DNA from: a virus
Taxonomy: Duplodnaviria; Caudoviricetes
Direction: 5' to 3' (one strand)
Length of the DNA stretch: 30,578 nt
Virus record (IMG/VR): IMGVR_UViG_3300024335_000660
Span: 1 to 30,578 of that record
Shown here: positions 7,892 to 16,094 of the stretch, piece by piece
Numbering within the stretch: the first letter of the stretch is position 1
Layout of the letters: each line of letters starts with the position of its first letter
Made by a program: the position numbers and the translations under genes
Notes under the pieces: model-generated
Databases searched by the model: none
The model's input: only the letters and a program-made list of their open reading frames with translations
Told to the model about the DNA's origin: nothing

Positions 7892-8731
7892 TTAAAAATC
7901 TTCACTGTGTGCCTTCGTCCAAGCGCCAGTTCTATTAATATTAAAAACTACTGCCATTCCAAAATCAATTGTTGGTGCATCTTTGAGTTGTTGCCAGACT
8001 TCACTCCACATAGTATGTGCTTCAAACTTTTGATTTCCGTCTGCTTTAGCAAATGTTGGTATTAATAAATCTTCTGGTTTAGTATAGCACCAGGTTTTAA
8101 ATCCCTCTGTATTAAATGTAAAAGATATATCACTTATCATTGGGGCAAATGGATGCCCACTATACAATAAACTATCATGTTGTGCCACACAACGACTAAT
8201 ACCGTTTAAAGAATGTACTTTAATTTCTTCACATTTTTTTAAATAATCGTTAATATGTACTCTACTAATATCATTACTATTATTAATAGCAAGATCCCAT
8301 CTCAGTCTAACAATTATATCATAATGATCAAATGTATCTTTTAGCATACAAAATGATCTCATTGCACTCCATATTTGACCATATGCACAACGACTTGCTT
8401 CTAAATGTACGTCAACAAATGTTGCTGGGTCATGTATATGTAGTGTGTGATTATCATTAAAACTATACTGGTTATTGTATGATCTGTTGATAAAGTCTTC
8501 CTTTACCCAGTTATCTATTACTACTTGATCTTCAACTTGTAGTTCTTTAATTTCAAAAAAGTTATTTTTGAGTAGGGGAGCTTCACAATGTGACCATGTA
8601 TGCCCATATACATCTACTTCTTTGGCAATTGTTTTATACATATCTATTATCTTAGACATTTGATAACCTTCAGGCAAGTCTTTGTAAGATCTAGTTTCGC
8701 CACTTATCACTAATGCTATTTTGTTTATCAT
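7892..8731 (-). CDS. Putative glycosyltransferase-like protein
   Basis: KIALVISGETR...VYGHTW...YDIIVRLRWD pattern seen in viral polysaccharide-related proteins; GGAG RBS before ATG 8731. Confidence 0.5.
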   Translation of the reverse strand: MINKIALVISGETRSYKDLPEGYQMSKIIDMYKTIAKEVDVYGHTWSHCEAPLLKNNFFEIKELQVEDQVVIDNWVKEDFINRSYNNQYSFNDNHTLHIHDPATFVDVHLEASRCAYGQIWSAMRSFCMLKDTFDHYDIIVRLRWDLAINNSNDISRVHINDYLKKCEEIKVHSLNGISRCVAQHDSLLYSGHPFAPMISDISFTFNTEGFKTWCYTKPEDLLIPTFAKADGNQKFEAHTMWSEVWQQLKDAPTIDFGMAVVFNINRTGAWTKAHSEDF

Positions 8732-8751
8732 AATTAACACTCCATTTAATT

Positions 8752-8776
8752 TATTTATCGACCTTGACCATAAATA
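8752..8776. promoter_or_regulatory. Back-to-back divergent T4-late-type promoters
   Basis: ATAAATA on the minus strand (8752-8758) and on the plus strand (8770-8776). Confidence 0.7.
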
Positions 8777-8781
8777 CTATT

Positions 8782-9102
8782 ATGGAACAAGAACTATCAA
8801 AAACAATTGTAACTTCAATACAACCATTATTAATATTGTTTGTGGGCGCAATTATTGCTATGATTTTAAAAGAAACAGTAGCCAGTTTAGTTGCTAGTTT
8901 AAAATGGAAAATGAAGCCAGGATTTGAGCCAGGTGATGAAGTATTTTTTGATGGAGATTTAGCTACTATTATTAGTATTGGTTGGCGTGAAACTGTATTT
9001 GAAATAACCAATAGTAACGGCACTGTATGGAGATATGTTGAAAATACTCGCATGCCTATACACCGATTGGAAAAAATAATATCTAAGAAGGTGGAAAAAT
9101 AA
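8782..9102 (+). CDS. Short MscS-like mechanosensitive-channel domain protein
   Basis: TM helix followed by GFEPGDEVFFDGDLATIISIGWRET, resembling the MscS beta-domain. Confidence 0.6.
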   Translation: MEQELSKTIVTSIQPLLILFVGAIIAMILKETVASLVASLKWKMKPGFEPGDEVFFDGDLATIISIGWRETVFEITNSNGTVWRYVENTRMPIHRLEKIISKKVEK

Positions 9103-9845
9103 TGAACATGGACACTGCAATATTTTGTTCAAAATTTAGTGGATGGGTATATAAAGACATTTTAGAAATGACACACCAGTTGGAATTGGCTGAAGTAAAA
9201 TATAATAAGTTAAAGTATTTTGAAAACGATGGTGCCCAAGCATATGGTCTACAATTGGACTCAGGCAAGGTAGTAATAGGGTTTCGTGGTACAGAGCCAA
9301 CTGTGTTAAGTGACATAGTTGCTGATTTAAAAGCTTTACCTACTTCTAGTGATACTATTGGAATGGTACATGCAGGCTTTAAAGAAGAGCTTGATAAGGT
9401 ATACTATGATATTGTGAATTGGATTGGAAGTTTACGTGACAAGGATATGATAGTTACTGGACATAGTTTAGGTGCAGCAATGGCTACTATCTTTACTACT
9501 AGAATGCATTACTTGCATAGTGTAAATGTTTCACTATATACTTTTGGAAGTCCTAGAGTAGGGAACGACGAATGGGCTGAACAATTTAAAGATATTAGTG
9601 CATACAGATTTGTTAACAATAACGATATAGTATGTAAGGTTCCTCCAGGATTATATTACGAACATGTAGGAGATATATGTTATATTAGATATAACGGAAA
9701 AATTACATTTAATGAAAGATATATTGATAGACTTTTAGATAGAATACGTAGTAGATTTAAATGTTACTTAAAGTTTCAATTGTTTAACGCATTGTTTGAT
9801 CATGACATTATTAGGTATGTGTCTAGAATTATCAATCGCAAATAA
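9102..9845 (+). CDS. Class-3 lipase (alpha/beta hydrolase)
   Basis: FRGTE, VHAGF, GHSLGAA nucleophile elbow, YTFGSPRVGN, RFVNNNDIV, C-terminal DH. Confidence 0.92.
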   Translation: MNMDTAIFCSKFSGWVYKDILEMTHQLELAEVKYNKLKYFENDGAQAYGLQLDSGKVVIGFRGTEPTVLSDIVADLKALPTSSDTIGMVHAGFKEELDKVYYDIVNWIGSLRDKDMIVTGHSLGAAMATIFTTRMHYLHSVNVSLYTFGSPRVGNDEWAEQFKDISAYRFVNNNDIVCKVPPGLYYEHVGDICYIRYNGKITFNERYIDRLLDRIRSRFKCYLKFQLFNALFDHDIIRYVSRIINRK

Positions 9846-10815
9846 TAATTTCGTTAAGAGTAGGACCTTGCTCCCATGTACTACTTAATTCTTTAAGTAC
9901 ATAACCATTTTTATAACCTGTAATCGTATTTTCTAATTGTTCTATACTACCTACCATTTCTGCTCTAAGCATAGCATAGCACGGATTAGTAACATTGGCT
10001 GCAGATAACATCATCATATGCTCGAGCCCATTGTATCTCCAATTATATCCAATACGTGTATCTTTTCCATCTACAAATCCATCATATCTTATTGCGTCCC
10101 AAAATGTAAATTTAATTTTTGTTGGATCAGCATCTAACACTTGTTGATTATCTGTATCTGTAATTGTTCCACTATCTACTACCATAGCATGTCCGTCAAG
10201 AACAGTATCTTGGCCCTGTGCTAGTATTAAAAATTGTTCATGGAATGTTTCCCAACCAGGTACAACTATGCCATCTTTAGTTCTTATATCAACTTTTTTA
10301 TCTTTAACAATAACATTAACTCTAAGCCCCTTGCTTATATGCTGTATTGATGCTGGAAATTTATCAAAACCTGTAATTGATCCAGGCTGTGCTTGTCTGA
10401 TTGGATATGGTAAAATTAAATTAGGCCACACTGTATTGATTGTTTCAATTTCCAAGTCCAAGTGCTTATCTAACGTTTGATTAACTAACATTAATAATGG
10501 TTCTGCTTCTAAGTTCTGTACATGCATAAATGCCATTCTCCAAGCGAAGCTTGCCTCGTTGTCTTCTAGCTTTCCTTGAATAATGTCATCAAAAATATGT
10601 AAAAATCTAGCTATACCCATTCCAAATTCTTTGCCCATATATTTAGGTGTGAAACTTTGTAGCTTAAAATCCAGCCATGGATTGTATGCTAGTTCAACAA
10701 TACGCTTGAGAGTTTTCTCATTACAATATTTCTGCAATACCTCAAGCTTGCTATCCTGACTGTTATAGCTAGCTACTTGTTTTATAATACTTGATATTAG
10801 TCCTGTTCTGCTCAT
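9832..10815 (-). CDS. T4-type ATP-dependent DNA ligase homolog with degenerate active site and no OB domain
   Basis: Ligase-like N-terminus (KLEVL...LAYNP), FPASIQHISKGLR in place of QxKxDGxR, VLDGH, FTFWDAI, NGYVLK. Confidence 0.7.
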   Translation of the reverse strand: MSRTGLISSIIKQVASYNSQDSKLEVLQKYCNEKTLKRIVELAYNPWLDFKLQSFTPKYMGKEFGMGIARFLHIFDDIIQGKLEDNEASFAWRMAFMHVQNLEAEPLLMLVNQTLDKHLDLEIETINTVWPNLILPYPIRQAQPGSITGFDKFPASIQHISKGLRVNVIVKDKKVDIRTKDGIVVPGWETFHEQFLILAQGQDTVLDGHAMVVDSGTITDTDNQQVLDADPTKIKFTFWDAIRYDGFVDGKDTRIGYNWRYNGLEHMMMLSAANVTNPCYAMLRAEMVGSIEQLENTITGYKNGYVLKELSSTWEQGPTLNEIIICD

Positions 10816-10820
10816 AATAC

Positions 10821-10868
10821 TATTTATGATATTAAAATGTGTTTTAATTTAGAGTTTTTAAATAAATA
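10821..10868. promoter_or_regulatory. Divergent T4-late-type promoters
   Basis: ATAAATA on the minus strand (10821-10827) and on the plus strand (10862-10868). Confidence 0.7.
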
Positions 10869-10909
10869 CGTTTATAATAGTATTAAAATGATACAAAAGG
10901 AGAGAAATT

Positions 10910-11767
10910 ATGAGTGAAGGTGACAAATATAGAAAGCATATGGATCCTAATTTAAGCGGTCCCAACCGTGCAATGGAATATAATGCTGCAGGACTACCTG
11001 CACTAAGAGTAATTGGAAATAATTTTGGATGGGGAGTTCAAATAGCAGATGGTGATATTGAAGGTGTAAGTCACATTGAAAAGTTTGGCATGAATGTTGA
11101 TGTTGACAATGATAAAGAAACTATCTGGGACGGTGGTGGAATTTACACATACATTGAAACAGCTGAAACACTTACTGTAACAAGCGATGATCCACAAGAT
11201 AACCCAACAGGCACTGGCGCTCGAAGTGTAGAAATACAAGGCTTGAATCAAGCAGGCGAAGTTGTTGTTGAAACTGTTAACATGGGTGCTACAACAAGTG
11301 GAGCATTTAAACGTGTGTTTCGTGTTAAAGCAATAACAGTAGGTACAAGCGGTGTTAACGAAGGTACTATCAGTGTTACTAGTGATGATACTTCAACAGT
11401 ATTGGCAATCATTGGTTTAGACGGCACAGGTGTAAATGCTGCAGGACGTGGACAAACGTTCATGGCGCAATATACAATTCCAGCAGGGAAAACAGGATAC
11501 ATTACACAATGGACTGTTGGTGCTGGTAAACAAAACACAGATGCTATTGCAATGCTTATGACACGTGATCCAGATGCACCAGGCGATGGCGCTTGGAACG
11601 CACGTGATATCATTACAGTGAGTGCAACTACATATGCAAAGAACTATAACGTCCCTATTAAAGTAAATACAGGTGATGATATTGAAGTTCGTGCTTATAG
11701 TAGTGTAAACAATTCAATAGTAAGTAGTACATTCTGTATAATACTAATTGACGATCCAGCACCATAA
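10910..11767 (+). CDS. Conserved beta-rich phage protein, possibly virion-associated
   Basis: KFG.N.DVD...ETIW.GGG.Y and GTGARSVEIQGL motifs; Gly/Thr-rich; late box and AGGAG RBS. Confidence 0.6.
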   Translation: MSEGDKYRKHMDPNLSGPNRAMEYNAAGLPALRVIGNNFGWGVQIADGDIEGVSHIEKFGMNVDVDNDKETIWDGGGIYTYIETAETLTVTSDDPQDNPTGTGARSVEIQGLNQAGEVVVETVNMGATTSGAFKRVFRVKAITVGTSGVNEGTISVTSDDTSTVLAIIGLDGTGVNAAGRGQTFMAQYTIPAGKTGYITQWTVGAGKQNTDAIAMLMTRDPDAPGDGAWNARDIITVSATTYAKNYNVPIKVNTGDDIEVRAYSSVNNSIVSSTFCIILIDDPAP

Positions 11768-11784
11768 TCAAACAAAGGTCATAG

Positions 11785-11814
11785 AAAAGGGAGCTGTAAA
11801 AGCTCCCTTATTTT
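11785..11814. terminator. Bidirectional intrinsic terminator
   Basis: AAGGGAGC-TGTAAAA-GCTCCCTT flanked by A- and T-rich runs, between convergent genes. Confidence 0.85.
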
Positions 11815-11825
11815 CTTTATAAGTT

Positions 11826-11933
11826 TTATAAACCTATGTACCACATCCATACGGGTATTAATCCTACATGTAAAAATACACATAGAAATAACATTAACCA
11901 AACTATTTTTATGTTACCCCTATCGCCGTGCAT
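11826..11933 (-). CDS. 35-aa single-TM peptide (absent from the ORF track)
   Basis: MHGDRGNIKIVWLMLFLCVFLHVGLIPVWMWYIGL; the ATG directly abuts the pseudoazurin stop. Confidence 0.65.
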   Translation of the reverse strand: MHGDRGNIKIVWLMLFLCVFLHVGLIPVWMWYIGL

Positions 11934-12356
11934 TTACAGTTCTTTTAAAAGTGCTTTTAGTTTTTTCTTTGACTTGCCTTTTACTTTGGCTTTTGAGATA
12001 TCGTTATCTCCGTCACCTACAACTACAATGGCAATCATGCCCATTGATTTGTGTGGTGAACACTGATATAGATATACACCTGGTACATCAAATGTAATCG
12101 CAACTTCTTTGTTTAGTTTTGATTTCTTTGGTGCTTTCCAACCATCTGGTCCTGCAATGAATTCTACATTGTGACCTTTTGATGTTGGTACCCAAGTAAT
12201 TGTTTCGCCTACTTCAATTGTAGTGATGTCTTGTGAGTAAACCATTTTAGCGCCGTCGTCACGCTTGTTTAGCATTTCGATTGTTACGTCTGCGTGTGCT
12301 GCGCTTACAGTAAATACCGCTGCGAACACTACTAAATAAAAATAAAGTGTTTTCAT
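11934..12356 (-). CDS. Pseudoazurin (type-1 blue copper protein)
   Basis: Signal peptide AHA|D, GHNVE, and C-x-P-H-x-x-M-G-M copper ligands (QCSPHKSMGM). Confidence 0.92.
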   Translation of the reverse strand: MKTLYFYLVVFAAVFTVSAAHADVTIEMLNKRDDGAKMVYSQDITTIEVGETITWVPTSKGHNVEFIAGPDGWKAPKKSKLNKEVAITFDVPGVYLYQCSPHKSMGMIAIVVVGDGDNDISKAKVKGKSKKKLKALLKEL

Positions 12357-12364
12357 GTTATATC

Positions 12365-12499
12365 CTATCTTGTTTTATACATGTTGTGTTTAAACTCTGA
12401 GATTTCATTGGCTTTAGTAAACTCGCCCATTTCTCTAAGTTGTTTGATACTCATACAATAACTTCTGTATTCCATTGCTTTTAAAAATTTCTTAAACAT
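12365..12499 (-). CDS. 44-aa small helical protein
   Basis: Start re-assigned to MFKKFLKAMEYRSY; GGAG RBS; TAATG overlap. Confidence 0.7.
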   Translation of the reverse strand: MFKKFLKAMEYRSYCMSIKQLREMGEFTKANEISEFKHNMYKTR

Positions 12500-12681
12500 T
12501 ATCTGTTCTCCGTCATTAAACGTTTTGCTTCTTCGTGGTATCCTTCTCTCCAAAGTGCTTCTGCAGCTCTTGCTCTGCCTGCTGATTCACCAAGTGCCCA
12601 TGCTCCCATTGCAAATGCTACTAAGCCTTTGCTTACCATTTTACCTAAGTTAGATGTTCTTTTCATTACTAGTGTAGACAT
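12499..12681 (-). CDS. 60-aa small helical protein
   Basis: GESAGRARAAEALWREGYHEEAK; translationally coupled at both ends. Confidence 0.75.
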   Translation of the reverse strand: MSTLVMKRTSNLGKMVSKGLVAFAMGAWALGESAGRARAAEALWREGYHEEAKRLMTENR

Positions 12682-12929
12682 TATACGAAACCTTTCAAGT
12701 TAGCATTTGTTTCAAGATCTGTCATATCTGAAATTTCAGATAATGTTACTTGTTGTGGTTTGTTATATGAATTGTGTGCAATTGTGTAAATTTCTCCACG
12801 ACAAATACCAATATCTTGTAGCTCATGGTTAGTTAGTTTCGAAAGTTCTTTGATAGTAGTACGAACAGCCGTTCTATACTCCATGTTGCGTCTAAAATTA
12901 ATTAGTTTTGTAATAATTGTGTTAATCAT
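12681..12929 (-). CDS. DUF1127-domain small protein
   Basis: RTTIKELSKLTNHELQDIGICRGEI matches the L-x-x-L-[ST]-x-x-x-L-x-DIG-x-x-R signature. Confidence 0.9.
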   Translation of the reverse strand: MINTIITKLINFRRNMEYRTAVRTTIKELSKLTNHELQDIGICRGEIYTIAHNSYNKPQQVTLSEISDMTDLETNANLKGFV

Positions 12930-13111
12930 AATATCATTCCTCTTATATCTTTATCTGATGGTGGCATACCAGTGTCTAGCATGCATTGATAAGCAAACTG
13001 CCAATCATTTCCGTATTCTGTTTTTGCCCAAGTCATCATATTTGATTCTTGTCTTGTTTTTGATTTCGTGAATATATTCACTAAGCCAGTAAATAGCATA
13101 TTAGTCATCAT
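12926..13111 (-). CDS. 61-aa small protein
   Basis: TWAKTEYGNDWQFAY; AAGGAG RBS; ATGA overlap with the DUF1127 gene. Confidence 0.75.
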   Translation of the reverse strand: MMTNMLFTGLVNIFTKSKTRQESNMMTWAKTEYGNDWQFAYQCMLDTGMPPSDKDIRGMIL

Positions 13112-13173
13112 TGTCAGTCTCCTTTTAGGTTAAATGTGTATTTTGAAGCAACCATTGCTTCTTTCTACGCTAA

Positions 13174-13181
13174 TATTTATA
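13174..13181 (-). promoter_or_regulatory. T4-late-type promoter for the DUF1127 operon
   Basis: TATAAATA followed by a leader hairpin, GAAGCAA-TGG-TTGCTTC. Confidence 0.65.
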
Positions 13182-13274
13182 TCATAATAACACGAAAAAC
13201 CAGGGTTTACTACTGCTGTCTGCGTAGACTCGACATGCGTCTAGTGCAACTGTGCATATATGCGCAGCTCATAG

Positions 13275-13399
13275 AAAAACCCTGCTGCATTACTGCAACA
13301 GGGCCTATACTTCTCTTTTGTAGGTGAAGGTTAATACCAAGTCTTACTACATTGTATCCTAGGCCAACTTCATCGCCTGATAGTTAGTTTCCTAACTAT
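13275..13399 (-). ncRNA. Putative 125-nt small RNA
   Basis: Own promoter; ATAGTTAG-GAAA-CTAACTAT hairpin starting at the predicted +1; CCCTGTTGCA-GTAA-TGCAGCAGGG-TTTTT terminator; no credible ORF. Confidence 0.7.
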
Positions 13400-13405
13400 G
13401 TACTT

Positions 13406-13434
13406 AACATAGCATGTCTTAATCTATATGTCAA
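13406..13434 (-). promoter_or_regulatory. sigma70-type promoter of the sRNA
   Basis: TTGACA-N17-TATGTT with TGn. Confidence 0.75.
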
Positions 13435-13442
13435 GTATTTTT

Positions 13443-14573
13443 TTATAATTTAGTTGTGGTATTTGCATAAACTGCATTGAACTGATTATTCACTCTAACA
13501 AATGTTGTACATTTACTTAATTGTTTAAGCTTTAATGCACCTGCATATGTACAAGTACTACGCAAACCGCCCAAGATATTTTGTATTGTATTAGTAACAT
13601 TGCCACGATAAGGAACAAGTACTTCTCGTCCTTCACTTGCACGATAGTCTTTTAGTCCACCAAAGTGTTTTGTATTTGCAGCATCACTGCTCATTCCATA
13701 AAATGCTATAAACTGTTTTTCTTCTACTTTATGTGTCTGCTTATTAAGATGTGATGCAACTTCATAAACAAGCTCATTTATTTGATAGTACTTGGTAATT
13801 ACTTCGCCACCACCTTCATCGTGTCCAGCAAGCATACCGCCTAGCATTACAAAGTCTGCTCCGCCTGCAAATGCTTTAGATACATCGCCAGGACTAGTGC
13901 AACCACCATCAGCAATAATATGTCCGCCAAGTCCATGTGCAGCATCAGCACATTCAATGACGGCTGACAACTGCGGGTAACCAACGCCTGTTTGAATACG
14001 TGTTGTGCATACACTACCTGGTCCAATACCAACTTTAACAATGTCTGCTCCTGCAAGGATTAGTTCTTCTGTCATTTCTCCAGTAACTACATTACCTGCT
14101 ATAATTACCAAATGTGGAAACTGATCACGTACCTTACGTACTCTTGCCGCAAAATGATCACTATAACCATTTGCAATATCCATACAAACAAACTTTAGAT
14201 TTCCACCTACACTAGCTACAACGTCTATTAGCTTATGAAAGTCAGTGTCACTTGTACCAATACTCATAGCAACATTCTCTGATCGTCTACGATCTGGATA
14301 GTCGTTGTTAAAGAATTCTGATAGTACATCTACTGAATATGTTTTTACAAGACAAGTAAAGATGCCCTGCTCTGCAAGTGTGTTAGCCATTTCAATGGTG
14401 CCTACGCCGTCCATGTTAGCAGCCATAATAGGAATACCACTGTAGTCTTTTTTGCTGTTTCTAAATGTAAACTTGCGTTCAAGTCTTACTTGTTTACGTG
14501 AGCTTAATGTACTACGCTTTGGACGAATTAGTACGTCACTGTAGTCTAGTTTTATGTCCTGATCAATTCTCAT
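13443..14573 (-). CDS. guaC: GMP reductase
   Basis: [59 protein letters not shown]; start at MRIDQD with ATGA overlap. Confidence 0.95.
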   Translation of the reverse strand: MRIDQDIKLDYSDVLIRPKRSTLSSRKQVRLERKFTFRNSKKDYSGIPIMAANMDGVGTIEMANTLAEQGIFTCLVKTYSVDVLSEFFNNDYPDRRRSENVAMSIGTSDTDFHKLIDVVASVGGNLKFVCMDIANGYSDHFAARVRKVRDQFPHLVIIAGNVVTGEMTEELILAGADIVKVGIGPGSVCTTRIQTGVGYPQLSAVIECADAAHGLGGHIIADGGCTSPGDVSKAFAGGADFVMLGGMLAGHDEGGGEVITKYYQINELVYEVASHLNKQTHKVEEKQFIAFYGMSSDAANTKHFGGLKDYRASEGREVLVPYRGNVTNTIQNILGGLRSTCTYAGALKLKQLSKCTTFVRVNNQFNAVYANTTTKL

Positions 14574-15109
14574 TTTACTTTTAATCCTAATTGCTGTAAT
14601 GTTTGTTGTACACATAATGCTTGAGCTTTGCAATCTTCTAATGCATTGTGTGCATCAAAGTTCATTGCTTTACGTGGATCTACTGGCATGATACCAAATA
14701 ATGTTCTACTATCTCTGATATTCCAAAACTTCCATGGAATATGATGATTGTTTTGGCGATACATATTTTCTAATATTACCATATCAAATGTTGGTCCTTG
14801 CGCCCATAATGAGTCAACTCCCACGCACCATTTGTTTAATGCTTTTAGTACTTCGATAACAGGTGTACGATTATCAGGTCCCATTGCTTCTTCCATTACA
14901 GACTTATTTTGTCTGCCCCACCATTGTAATGTACTATCGTCTGTTGTACGACCACTTTCAAGCTGTTCATCTACTTCAAACCTATAATAGAACTCTTGAG
15001 TACATTCAGAGATTGAATTAGGATCGAACTTCACACCGCCAATAGTTAATACTGTTGTGTCAGGAGTAAACCCTAATGTTTCTAAGTCAATCATTGCATG
15101 TGTCGTCAT
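14570..15109 (-). CDS. DEDDh 3'-5' exonuclease (DexA/Rv2179c-like)
   Basis: [27 protein letters not shown]. Confidence 0.88.
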   Translation of the reverse strand: MTTHAMIDLETLGFTPDTTVLTIGGVKFDPNSISECTQEFYYRFEVDEQLESGRTTDDSTLQWWGRQNKSVMEEAMGPDNRTPVIEVLKALNKWCVGVDSLWAQGPTFDMVILENMYRQNNHHIPWKFWNIRDSRTLFGIMPVDPRKAMNFDAHNALEDCKAQALCVQQTLQQLGLKVK

Positions 15110-15516
15110 TTTTTATTTCCTATTCTACTTCTCAAATCGCTAGACGAAAATCTATGGTCTCTTTTATTAAAGTAAAGTTCTATATCACGCTTACGACATA
15201 TGTCTTTACCAGTAAAATCTTTGTCTCTGTATTCTTCACCTAATATTCTAACATCAATATTATACATTGTCAAGATATCATCTAAGTCTTTTTCAGTACC
15301 ATATGGTATTATCTCATCTACGTATTTTACTGCTTTGAGTTGAGTGTAACGCTCTACTACAGTTTGTATAGGAGCATTCTTCTCTGCACGATCAACACTA
15401 GGATCCATTTGCAAGCCGCAGATTAAATAATCACAATGTTCTTTTGCTTCACGTAACATTTGCACATGTCCTGCGTGACAAAGATCAAATGTGCTACATG
15501 TGAATCCTACCTTCAT
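15106..15516 (-). CDS. Glycerol-3-phosphate cytidylyltransferase family (TagD-like)
   Basis: TFDLCHAGH (HxGH), YVDEII, RDHRFSSS. Confidence 0.9.
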   Translation of the reverse strand: MKVGFTCSTFDLCHAGHVQMLREAKEHCDYLICGLQMDPSVDRAEKNAPIQTVVERYTQLKAVKYVDEIIPYGTEKDLDDILTMYNIDVRILGEEYRDKDFTGKDICRKRDIELYFNKRDHRFSSSDLRSRIGNKK

Positions 15517-16086
15517 TTATAATCCCAATACTCCGTATGCTTCGCAAGGAAGCCAATTTGTTTTCATTCTTTCTGGATGCCATAATACTGTAATAATATT
15601 ATCAAGCTTCCAGCTTTCACAATATCCTTGATCATCTTTAGCAAGTGATGTTGCACCAAGTGGAATACTATTAAGTAGTTCAGTATGTCTACTGCATACT
15701 TCTATGGTATCACCATTATAGTATACATTATGATTAGCAGAATGTCTATCTGTTTCTTTTATTGAGCCGCCAAGGCTTACTGTCAAAAACTGACATCCTT
15801 TGCTAATTCCTAATATTGGTATATTGTATAGCCTTGCTAAATCCAACGTATGTTGTTCTATTCGTAATCGCTGAGCATTGTACTGCCAGTTTCCTTCTAT
15901 TAAACTATTGCCGCCACTAAAGACCACTAAATCACTATTAACTATTTTACTAGTATCAAAGTGTTCTAGATTATTTGGTATAGGGAAAAGTTCATGATTA
16001 CTGAACATGTCATAAAATCCATGATCCAGACTATCATAAGGTCCGTTGCGAAAGTCAATCACACGTTGCGTGATTGATATTTTCAT
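15517..16086 (-). CDS. Class-I glutamine amidotransferase-like / peptidase C26 protein
   Basis: ITQR, FSGGN, LGISKGCQ (elbow Cys replaced by Ser), WHPE. Confidence 0.8.
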   Translation of the reverse strand: MKISITQRVIDFRNGPYDSLDHGFYDMFSNHELFPIPNNLEHFDTSKIVNSDLVVFSGGNSLIEGNWQYNAQRLRIEQHTLDLARLYNIPILGISKGCQFLTVSLGGSIKETDRHSANHNVYYNGDTIEVCSRHTELLNSIPLGATSLAKDDQGYCESWKLDNIITVLWHPERMKTNWLPCEAYGVLGL

Positions 16087-16094
16087 ATATTAAT

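Noticed and set aside
14574-14633. Extended guaC start
   Set aside because: It overlaps the exonuclease gene; the ATGA junction at 14570-14573 gives the canonical MRI start.
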